Positions 19,449-27,564 of a DNA stretch of 29,641 nucleotides are shown here, piece by piece (position 1 is the stretch's first letter; every line of letters begins with the position of its first letter). The notes below the pieces were generated by a model. It saw only the letters and a list, made by a program, of their open reading frames with translations. It was not told the origin of the DNA and made no database searches. Location of the stretch: contig CBDEUM010000003.1 of the NCBI GenBank assembly GCA_965242925.1, positions 1 through 29,641 on the forward strand, in the 5' to 3' direction. The translations under genes and the position numbers were made by a program. The DNA comes from Roseibacillus sp. Lineage in GTDB: Bacteria; Verrucomicrobiota; Verrucomicrobiia; Verrucomicrobiales; Akkermansiaceae.

Positions 19449-21557
19449 ATGCCTTTCATCAATCGCGAACTGTCCTGGCTTGAGTTCAACCAGCGTGTGC
19501 TGGAGCAGTCCAGGCAAAGCAGGACCCCTCTTCTTGAGCGCGTCAAGTTCCTCGCCATTGCGGATTCCAACCTTGACGAATTCTTCCAGGTGCGGGTGGG
19601 CGGACTGGTGATGCTCCAGAGCTCCGGGAGCCGCGTTCCCGACATCGCAGGCCTTACGCCATCCCAGCAAATCGCATTGATCCGTAAACGAGTGACCGCC
19701 TTTGCCGAGATTCAGTACGATCTACTCAATAACGCGCTCATGCCCGCCTTGGCTGAAGCCGGCATCAGGATTCTCAAACTCAACGAGCTTTCCCAGGGAC
19801 AGGATCTTCAGGTCGACAGTTTCTTCTCGGAGATGATCTATCCCCTCCTTACTCCTCTCGCCATCGACGAGGAAGATCCGCCACCCTCCATCCAGAACCT
19901 GCGCCTTTTCATTGCATGCCGTATCGATAACCCGGAGCAGCAGGAGGGGCGATACGCCTTTGTCCCCCTGCCGGAAAACCTGCCCCGCTTCATTTCCGTG
20001 CAGTCCAGCAAAGGCAGCAGCTTCGTCGCCATTGAGGACATTGTGCAGCGCCAGCTCGGGGAGCTTTTCCCCGGAGAGACGGTGGGAGCCAGCGCCCTTT
20101 TCCGGATCACCCGCAACAGCGACATCGCGGTTCAGGAGGAGGACGCCATCGACCTGGCCGGAGAGATGGCGGAGGTTCTTGCTGCCCGTCGCATCGGCAC
20201 GACCATCCGGGTCCAGATCGCCAAGGGCACCCCCCGCGATCTCCTGCGACTGGTCCAGGAAGTGACCCGTTCCGGACCCGCCGAACTTTACCGCATGGGA
20301 GGCCTGCTCCAACTCGCCGACCTGATGCAGATCAGCCAACTCAGCGACCATCAAGAACTCAGCAACCCTCCCTGGCCTCCCCTGCCTTCGCCACTGATCG
20401 ACTACAATACGCCCATCTTTGAGGTGATCAGTGCCAGGGACGTCCTTCTTTTCCATCCTTACGAATCGTTCGATCCGGTCATTCGCATGCTGGAGGAGGC
20501 GGCCGAGGATCCCGATGTTCTTGCCATCAAGCAGGTTCTTTACCGCACCGCCAGTGATTCGCGCATCATTTCGGCATTAATCCGGGCCGCTGAAAACGGA
20601 AAGCAGGTCACCGTCCTCGTCGAACTGAAGGCCCGCTTTGATGAAGCCCGGAACCTGCAACGCGCCGAGATGCTGCAACGGGCCGGGGTTCAGATTGTCT
20701 ACGGGGTGAAGGATCTCAAGACCCACGCCAAGGTCACTCTTATCGCACGCAACGAGGACGGACGACTCAAGCGCTATGTTCATCTTGGCACCGGCAACTA
20801 CAACGAGACTACCGCGCAACTCTACACCGACGTCTCCTACCTCACCTGTCGCCCCCAACTGGTCGCGGATGCATCTCACTTCTTCAACGCGGTGACCGGG
20901 CGCTCCAAACTCATGCGCCTGCAGAAGATCTGCGCTGCTCCGGTGCACTTGAAGAACCGCATCATTGAACTCATCGAGGCCGAGGCTGATCGGGCGCGAC
21001 ACGGAGAACCGGCCCTCATCATGGCCAAGTGCAATTCGCTCCAGGATCCCGATGTGATCAAAACCCTTTACCGGGCTTCCCGGGCCGGCGTGAAGATCAA
21101 GCTGAACATCAGAGGCATCTGCTGTCTAAAGACCGAAAGTAAGCGTTACTCAAAGAACATCGAAGTGCGTTCAATCGTAGACCGTTATCTCGAGCACGCC
21201 CGGATCTTCTACTTCCACCACGGAGGCGATCCCGAAGTCTACTTCTCTTCGGCGGACTGGATGACGCGCAATCTGGAAAAGCGGGTGGAATTACTTGTCC
21301 CGGTGGAAGACCCTCCCAGCAAGAAGCGACTCATCCGGATCCTGGAGGCAGCGTTTCGTGACAATACCAACGCCTTCCGAATCCTGAAAGACGGGAGCAG
21401 TATTCCTGTCGCACCCGCCAAGGGTGAAAAGAGGTTCCGGTTCCAGGAACACCTCTACAAGACCGCGAGCAAGGCCGCCAAGATCCGGCAGCGCGAGCGC
21501 TCCACCACCTTCACTCCCCATCGCCCTCCCGGGCGACTTGATGACAAGTTGACATAG
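19449..21557 (+). CDS. ppk1: Polyphosphate kinase 1
   Basis: FINRELSWLEFNQRVL, SNLDEFFQVRV, HPYESF, VELKARFDE, phospho-His KTHAK, GTGNYN, RYLEHARI and SADWMTRNL. Start is ATG 19449. Confidence 0.97.
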   Translation: MPFINRELSWLEFNQRVLEQSRQSRTPLLERVKFLAIADSNLDEFFQVRVGGLVMLQSSGSRVPDIAGLTPSQQIALIRKRVTAFAEIQYDLLNNALMPALAEAGIRILKLNELSQGQDLQVDSFFSEMIYPLLTPLAIDEEDPPPSIQNLRLFIACRIDNPEQQEGRYAFVPLPENLPRFISVQSSKGSSFVAIEDIVQRQLGELFPGETVGASALFRITRNSDIAVQEEDAIDLAGEMAEVLAARRIGTTIRVQIAKGTPRDLLRLVQEVTRSGPAELYRMGGLLQLADLMQISQLSDHQELSNPPWPPLPSPLIDYNTPIFEVISARDVLLFHPYESFDPVIRMLEEAAEDPDVLAIKQVLYRTASDSRIISALIRAAENGKQVTVLVELKARFDEARNLQRAEMLQRAGVQIVYGVKDLKTHAKVTLIARNEDGRLKRYVHLGTGNYNETTAQLYTDVSYLTCRPQLVADASHFFNAVTGRSKLMRLQKICAAPVHLKNRIIELIEAEADRARHGEPALIMAKCNSLQDPDVIKTLYRASRAGVKIKLNIRGICCLKTESKRYSKNIEVRSIVDRYLEHARIFYFHHGGDPEVYFSSADWMTRNLEKRVELLVPVEDPPSKKRLIRILEAAFRDNTNAFRILKDGSSIPVAPAKGEKRFRFQEHLYKTASKAAKIRQRERSTTFTPHRPPGRLDDKLT

Positions 21558-21702
21558 GGAGCCCCCGAAAGGGCAACGCCAGATAATCTGATCTTGATTC
21601 CCGGAGGATTCAGGCGAGACTCCTCCCCGCCTGTTGCAGCAGCGACAATCACTCGGACACAGTAGGTCTGTCTCCTGGACACTGTATGCCGAGCACTGAA
21701 AT

Positions 21703-21774
21703 GGGCCTGTAGTTCAACGGATAGAACGGTGGTTTCCGGAACCACAGATCGGGGTTCGATTCCCTGCGGGCCTA
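21703..21774 (+). tRNA. tRNA-Arg(CCG), CCA not encoded
   Basis: GGGCCTG-TA-GTTC-AACGGATA-GAAC-G-GTGGT-TT-CCG-GA-ACCAC-AGAT-CGGGG-TTCGATT-CCCTG-CGGGCCT-A; the A20 Arg identity element is present. Confidence 0.95.
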
Positions 21775-21783
21775 GTGCAACTG

Positions 21784-21825
21784 AAAGCAAACAGAATCAC
21801 CAGGGAACCGGGTGATTCCGTTCTT
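21784..21825. terminator. Probable bidirectional terminator between tRNA-Arg and the sulfatase
   Basis: 8 bp stem GAATCACC (21794-21801)/GGTGATTC (21811-21818), with T-rich flanks on both strands (CGTTCTT on +, TGTTTGCTTT on -). Confidence 0.55.
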
Positions 21826-21827
21826 CC

Positions 21828-23228
21828 CTACTTGAGAGGTTGTTTGGCTTCCTGGAAATACCGGCCGTAGCGGGACACCAGTTCCGGGTGCTGTGCGGCG
21901 ACGTCGTGTTTTTCTCCAATGTCGTTTTCGAGATCAAAGAGGGCGTAGCGATCCTTGCCGCGCGGATGGAGCTTCCACTTCCCCACCCTGATGGCCCAGG
22001 GCCAGTAGAGATACTCATGCTTCCGTTGATCCTCCGTCCTGCCCAGCAATTCCGGCAGGTAGCTGATACCGTCGATCTTCCCTGGCGCCGCTATTCCCGC
22101 CACTTCGCATGCGGTGGGGAGAAAGTCCCAGAAGGCGCTGGGGTGATCGCTCATGCTCCCTGGTTCGATTCGCCCGGGCCAGCGGGCGATGGTGGGCACC
22201 CGTAATCCGCCTTCGTGCATGCTGCGCTTGTGCCCCGACAGGGGACCACTGCTCTTGAAGAAACGGAGGGTCTGTCCGCCCTCATCCGATGGCCCGTTGT
22301 CACTGCTGAATAGGACGAAGGTATCCCGGGTGAGATGCAGTTCCTCCAGGAGGTCCAGGATCATGCCCACGCTGCGGTCCATCCGTGAAATCATCCCCGC
22401 ATAAGCGGCGTGGGGATGACTTTGCCCACAATAGCCCCTGGTATACTGGCTGCCGTAGCCGGCGTCCTTCCCCCCCCCGGTGTTACCTACTCCTTCGATT
22501 CGCGGTTTCTCGGGCCACCCGAACTCCCGGTAGGGCGCGATCGAATCTTCGGGAACGACGAGTTCCGCATGGGGAATGCAGAACGGAATGTAGAGGAAGA
22601 AGGAATGCTCCCTGTTCCTCCGCACCCAGCTCAGAGCCTCCTTGACCAGTTCGTCGTGACTGTAGTCACCCGCCCCCTTCCGGTATTCCCCATTGACCCG
22701 CAGATCGTGGTTTTTCGGAAAAAGAACCTTCTCTCCATTGCGCCAGAGGAATTCCGGATAATAGAAATGGGCAAAGCCCTGGTTATCGAAACCAAAGAAA
22801 TGGTCAAACCCCTTCCGGTTAGGGCTCCCCGGGTGACCAGGTCGGCCAACCAGGCCCCACTTGCCCACCATGCAGGTCCGGTAGCCGGCTTCCTTCAGCA
22901 GCATGGAGACCGTGACATCGCCGGCCTTCAGGCGTCCCCCGTTTCCGGTTACCGAGGCATGCCCCATGTGCATTCCGGTCATGAGGGAGCACCGGGAGGG
23001 CGAGCAGACCGAATGCCCCGCATAGTGGCTGGTGAGGCGCATTCCCTCCGCCGCCATACGATCCAACCGCGGTGTCTTTATCTTCTCCTGTCCGAAGCAA
23101 CCGAGATCTCCATAACCCAGATCATCGGCAAGGATCAGGACGATGTTGGGGCGGCGCCCCTGCTCCGCCCCCGCTTCGCAGATCCCGCCGAGGAGGGAAA
23201 CGGCAAGAATGATTCGAAGAAGGCTCAC
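21828..23228 (-). CDS. Secreted Cys-type S1 sulfatase (arylsulfatase family)
   Basis: Signal peptide, PNIVLILADDLG, CSPSRCSLMTG, GKWGL, SSDNG and EGGLRVP. The GTG start overlaps the upstream TGA (GTGA). Confidence 0.95.
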   Translation of the reverse strand: MSLLRIILAVSLLGGICEAGAEQGRRPNIVLILADDLGYGDLGCFGQEKIKTPRLDRMAAEGMRLTSHYAGHSVCSPSRCSLMTGMHMGHASVTGNGGRLKAGDVTVSMLLKEAGYRTCMVGKWGLVGRPGHPGSPNRKGFDHFFGFDNQGFAHFYYPEFLWRNGEKVLFPKNHDLRVNGEYRKGAGDYSHDELVKEALSWVRRNREHSFFLYIPFCIPHAELVVPEDSIAPYREFGWPEKPRIEGVGNTGGGKDAGYGSQYTRGYCGQSHPHAAYAGMISRMDRSVGMILDLLEELHLTRDTFVLFSSDNGPSDEGGQTLRFFKSSGPLSGHKRSMHEGGLRVPTIARWPGRIEPGSMSDHPSAFWDFLPTACEVAGIAAPGKIDGISYLPELLGRTEDQRKHEYLYWPWAIRVGKWKLHPRGKDRYALFDLENDIGEKHDVAAQHPELVSRYGRYFQEAKQPLK

Positions 23229-26200
23229 TGGTCACCATTCCTGAGAAACTCGACCACGTCCGCCACGTCCTGCGCGGTCAGACCCAGCTGGTCTGCCGAG
23301 AGCATCAGAGAGCGTCTCATCGGGGTTTTGGATTTCAACTCGGCGGCTGGAATCGACTGGGTGATCCCTCCCATCGATTTGACAATGATCGGATCACCTT
23401 CGGCCAGCACAACTCCCATGATGTTATGGCCGTCTTTTTTGGTCACTAGATGCTGGGCCTCAAACCCCAGGGAGATTTCGGCTGACGGATCGACGATAGC
23501 CCTGGCAACGATCTCACGGGGAAAGCGCTGCCCGAATCCGGTCAGATTGGGCCCCACGTCGACTCCAAGCTCCCCGATGACATGACAGGTGATGCAACGG
23601 CCTGCCACGGCCTTGCCCCGGGTGGCATCGCCTCTCAATTTGAGGATTTGAGCCACGGGAGGCAACTTGGAGGGAGCCTTCTCTTCGGGCGTGACCACCG
23701 AAACCAACTCGGCCCTGACGTTCCCTCCCTTGAGATTTTCGGCCGGCTTGTGGGCCTTCCACCAGCGATCGTTGTTCCACTTCACCCAGAAACCGGCCTG
23801 CTCTGCCAGTTCCTTGTCCGGGGCCAGGTTGGCGATCTCCACCATGGCGGTGGCCGCACTGCCACTCCTCACGAAGGCGATCGATTCAAGGGCCTGCATC
23901 CGAACCTCCGCCTCAAGGTTGCCGTCAAAGACCCGGTCCCGCAGGGCCGGGATCGCTGCTGGCGTCATGAGTCGCCAGACCGCCCCCGCCGCGGCTCCGT
24001 CCCATGCAGCCGCTTTCACATCCTTGACCAAAGCCGCGTAAACCGCTTCTTCCTTGCCGGTGGCTCCGGTGCCGAAAGCCTCAAGGTAGGACCGGTCCTT
24101 GCCGTCGTATCCCTTCGCCAGTTCCACAAGGATCGATACTACTTCGGGGGTTGCAGCTTGGTTTCGCAGGTAGAAGGCCACCTCCCGCCGGACAGCCGGG
24201 GACTGATCCCGGGCAAGTCGCCGGGCCAGTTCCATCATGCCCGGATGCTTCGCACGCCGGAAGGCCCGGAAGGACACGATCCGGGCCTGGGGATTGTCCT
24301 GTCCCTGAAGCTGGAGAATGGCCTGCACCCCTTTTTCGCCCAGCTGGGCGAGGAGCCAGAGGGCCCGGGCGGCAAGATACGGATTCTTGTTCTTCGCGAG
24401 TTCGGCAAGGGCAGGGATTGATTTTACCCCAGCCTTCTTCAATCGCGAAAAACCGAGGTAGCGCGTATTGATGGCGGGGCTCTGGAGAGCCGTGATCTGT
24501 CCGGCCTGTGTCTGGAGGTCGAACTTCGGGACCACCGGCTTGAAGCCCTTGGGCGCCACCCGGTAGATCGTGCCCGAGAGAGTGCGATCCGAGGTCCCGT
24601 GTCCCCCTACCCTCGGGTCAAACCAGTCTGCCACATAGATAGCACCATCGGGTCCCACGCTGACATCCGCCGGCCGAAACCAGGTGTTGATATCCCGGTT
24701 GGAACGCCCTTTGAAATCGGCCCCGGCCCACTTGCGATCAGGGTTTGACGTCATGAAGTCGACACGCTCCATCTTGAATCCCGCCCCTTCCAGCTCCGGC
24801 TGGTAGCCGAAGAGGACATTTTTCGCGGATTCGCAGCTCAGGAGCAGTCCGTTGTATTTCTCCGGGAGGGCTCCGTTCTCGTAGAAGGTGATACCAGTGG
24901 GCGCGCCCCCGCCATAAACATCCCCCGGGGGCATGCTGCCGGGATCCTCCTGGCGCCATTCAGCGGTCGGAGTATTCTGCCCGGGGCGGCGGTCCGCGCC
25001 CCAGGAGCGTTTCCCGTCGCTGGAGGCAAACCCCGCATTACCGTACTCCATCACCCAGCTGGTCCGGCAGGCCGGTGGGTCGTCGTTGTCATTCTGGAAC
25101 AGATCTCCCAGTGAGGTAATGATCTGCTCGTAACTGTTCCGGTAGTTATGACCGATGATCTCGCAGTTGGTTCCATCGGGGTTCATGCGGACCGAGAAGC
25201 CGCCGAGGTAGACGTGCCCGTCATCGCTCTTATGTCCTGCCACCTGCCGCATGGAATAAGGACTCCCAATCCGGAAGGTCTTGCCGGAACGATCAGTGAA
25301 CTGGGCCCCTGTATTTCCCTGGTTGAAGTACCACTTGCCATCCGGTCCCGCCACTACCGAATGCAGGCTGTGATCGTGGTTGCGTCCACTGAACCCGGTC
25401 AGAAGGACCTCCCGCTTGTCCTTTTCGGGATTAAATACCAGATCCCGGTCTACATCGGTGTAGACGAGAAGATCGGGTGGTTGAGAGACCACCACTACGT
25501 TGTCAAAGACCGCCACCCCGAGCGGGGACTGCAGGAATTTCTCCTGGACGAAAACATGGGACTTGTCGGCTTTGCCATCACCATCGGTATCCTGTACGAC
25601 CACAATACGATCACCCTCCCCGTCCCGCCGGGCACCGCGGTAGTTGACCCCTTCCGCCACCCAGGCGCGTCCGTGGTGATCAAAGTCGATATTGGTGGGA
25701 TTACGGAAGAGCGGTGACTGGGCCCACACCGTGACTTCCAGGTCGTCCGGCACCACGAACCGCTCCACCGGCACCTCGGTCTCTTCCCCTGTTGCGGAGT
25801 TGCCTGCACCGGGTTTGGCATTGAAGACGAGGAAGCGAACACTGCTCGTCTTGCCTCCCTGCTGGCCGACACCCCCCTTGTCCAGTCCGCCCCGCGCAAC
25901 AAAACGGGTATAGCCTTCCGGCACATCATAGACGATGGTGGAGGGTGCGTGAGTACCAACCCCATAGGAAACGGATTTCCCGCCCACTTCCATCTGCTGC
26001 CCCCCGGCATTCCTGTTCAGGCGGGCGCTCCCCCAACCCGCGAAGGCGGCCTTCCATTTGAGATCGGTCAATTTCAGCGTGCCCTTCGGGCCAACGAGAC
26101 GCGGTTCCATCCAATCCGCCCAGTCACAACCATAGCCATCCCCTGTTTCGTCCACGACGAGGTAAAGGGAACGGGATCCCTTGAGATCTGCCTCAATGTC

Positions 26201-26332
26201 CACCGCATGCCCGGGCGTCCTCGCAGTGACCACCGGACTCGCATAGAGTGGTTTTGGTTTCTCGGCGGCGACGGTGCCGCCGAGCAGCAGGAGAAGAATG
26301 GGTGATGGCCAGAGTGAGGATCTCATTGTCAT
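23225..26332 (-). CDS. PVC-type heme-binding CxxCH protein with N-terminal NPCBM/NEW2 domain
   Basis: Signal peptide; NPCBM-like GDGYGCDWADW and YGVGTHAPS; propeller region DTDGDGKAD, GPDGKWYFNQG, NYRNSYE, GPDGAIYVADW; HEAT-like helices; CITCH, GPNLT and SLM cytochrome c. Start is ATG 26332 or 26326. Confidence 0.92.
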   Translation of the reverse strand: MTMRSSLWPSPILLLLLGGTVAAEKPKPLYASPVVTARTPGHAVDIEADLKGSRSLYLVVDETGDGYGCDWADWMEPRLVGPKGTLKLTDLKWKAAFAGWGSARLNRNAGGQQMEVGGKSVSYGVGTHAPSTIVYDVPEGYTRFVARGGLDKGGVGQQGGKTSSVRFLVFNAKPGAGNSATGEETEVPVERFVVPDDLEVTVWAQSPLFRNPTNIDFDHHGRAWVAEGVNYRGARRDGEGDRIVVVQDTDGDGKADKSHVFVQEKFLQSPLGVAVFDNVVVVSQPPDLLVYTDVDRDLVFNPEKDKREVLLTGFSGRNHDHSLHSVVAGPDGKWYFNQGNTGAQFTDRSGKTFRIGSPYSMRQVAGHKSDDGHVYLGGFSVRMNPDGTNCEIIGHNYRNSYEQIITSLGDLFQNDNDDPPACRTSWVMEYGNAGFASSDGKRSWGADRRPGQNTPTAEWRQEDPGSMPPGDVYGGGAPTGITFYENGALPEKYNGLLLSCESAKNVLFGYQPELEGAGFKMERVDFMTSNPDRKWAGADFKGRSNRDINTWFRPADVSVGPDGAIYVADWFDPRVGGHGTSDRTLSGTIYRVAPKGFKPVVPKFDLQTQAGQITALQSPAINTRYLGFSRLKKAGVKSIPALAELAKNKNPYLAARALWLLAQLGEKGVQAILQLQGQDNPQARIVSFRAFRRAKHPGMMELARRLARDQSPAVRREVAFYLRNQAATPEVVSILVELAKGYDGKDRSYLEAFGTGATGKEEAVYAALVKDVKAAAWDGAAAGAVWRLMTPAAIPALRDRVFDGNLEAEVRMQALESIAFVRSGSAATAMVEIANLAPDKELAEQAGFWVKWNNDRWWKAHKPAENLKGGNVRAELVSVVTPEEKAPSKLPPVAQILKLRGDATRGKAVAGRCITCHVIGELGVDVGPNLTGFGQRFPREIVARAIVDPSAEISLGFEAQHLVTKKDGHNIMGVVLAEGDPIIVKSMGGITQSIPAAELKSKTPMRRSLMLSADQLGLTAQDVADVVEFLRNGDQ

Positions 26333-26460
26333 AGAGCTCGCAGATGGGTCTTCATCACGCAAGCCCCCTCGCAACTTTGGCTGAATAGTTTGTCATTTTC
26401 TCCGGTGATCTGCGTGCCTATTCGGGCTTGCGCTCCGAAGTGCGGACCTCACCATCCGGC

Positions 26461-27564
26461 ATGCAAGTGGATGGGCGCCTCTATCGCACGGTTTGGAGCG
26501 TTCCTGCCAAGGGAGTGGTACGCGTCATCGACCAGCGGCATCTTCCGTGGAATTTTGTCCTCCAGGACCTGGCCACCGTCGAAGAAATCGCGGTTGCCAT
26601 CAGGGAGATGCACGTCCGCGGGGCCGGGTGTATCGGGGCCACCGCCGGTTATGGAATGTGGCTGGCAGCCCGGGAATCGAGTGGCTCCATGAAACGACTG
26701 GAACAGCTCGCCGAACTCCTCACTGCTACGAGGCCCACCGCTCGAAACCTTTCATGGGCAGTCGAACGCCAACTCAATGTTCTCAAAGACCTTTCGCCTG
26801 ACCAGTGGGACCATGCTGCCTTGACTGAGTCGGAGGCCATTGCCGACGAGGATGCCTCATGGTGTGAACGGATCGGGGAGCATGGTCTCCTCCTGCTCTC
26901 CGGCATCCACGAGAAGAAGTCGAGACAGGATCCGGTGCAGGTTCTCACCCACTGCAATGCCGGATGGCTCGCCTTCACTGACTGGGGTTCGGCCACCGCA
27001 CCAGTTTATGCGGCCCATCGAGCCGGGATACCCATTCACGTCTGGGTCGACGAGACCCGACCCCGGAACCAGGGGAGCCGCCTCACGGCGTGGGAATTGC
27101 AAAACGAGGGAGTCCCCCATACGGTCATCGCTGACAATGCCGGGGGCCACCTCATGCAACACGGCAAGGTCGACATCGTGATTACCGGCTCCGATCGGAC
27201 GACCTGCACCGGGGATGTCGCCAACAAGATCGGGACTTATCTCAAAGCTCTGGCCGCTCACGACAACGACATTCCCTTCTACGTCGCCCTCCCCTCTTCC
27301 ACTATCGACTGGGAATGCCGGGACGGGGTGCGGGGGATCCCCATTGAGGAGCGTGGCGGGAGCGAGGTCTCCACCGTTGAAGGACTTACCCACGAAGGAG
27401 TCGTCCAAGGGGTCAATCTCGTCAACCCTGGCTCTCCGACCAGCAACTACGCCTTTGACGTGACACCCTCACGCCTCGTGACTGGATTGATCACCGAACG
27501 CGGGATCTGTGATGCTACCGCGGAGGCGATTGCGATTCTCTTCCCTCCAACCGCACGCAGGTGA
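26461..27564 (+). CDS. mtnA: S-methyl-5-thioribose-1-phosphate isomerase
   Basis: IDQRHLP, MHVRGA, TRPTARNL, LTHCNAGWLA, VDETRPRNQG, ANKIGTY and AFDVTP. Start is ATG 26461. Confidence 0.93.
   Translation: MQVDGRLYRTVWSVPAKGVVRVIDQRHLPWNFVLQDLATVEEIAVAIREMHVRGAGCIGATAGYGMWLAARESSGSMKRLEQLAELLTATRPTARNLSWAVERQLNVLKDLSPDQWDHAALTESEAIADEDASWCERIGEHGLLLLSGIHEKKSRQDPVQVLTHCNAGWLAFTDWGSATAPVYAAHRAGIPIHVWVDETRPRNQGSRLTAWELQNEGVPHTVIADNAGGHLMQHGKVDIVITGSDRTTCTGDVANKIGTYLKALAAHDNDIPFYVALPSSTIDWECRDGVRGIPIEERGGSEVSTVEGLTHEGVVQGVNLVNPGSPTSNYAFDVTPSRLVTGLITERGICDATAEAIAILFPPTARR

Noticed and set aside
21537..21575. TTGATGA...CGAAA resembling a hammerhead core or glycine riboswitch fragment
   Set aside because: No CTGATGA, no stem II pairing and no CTCTCAGG element.
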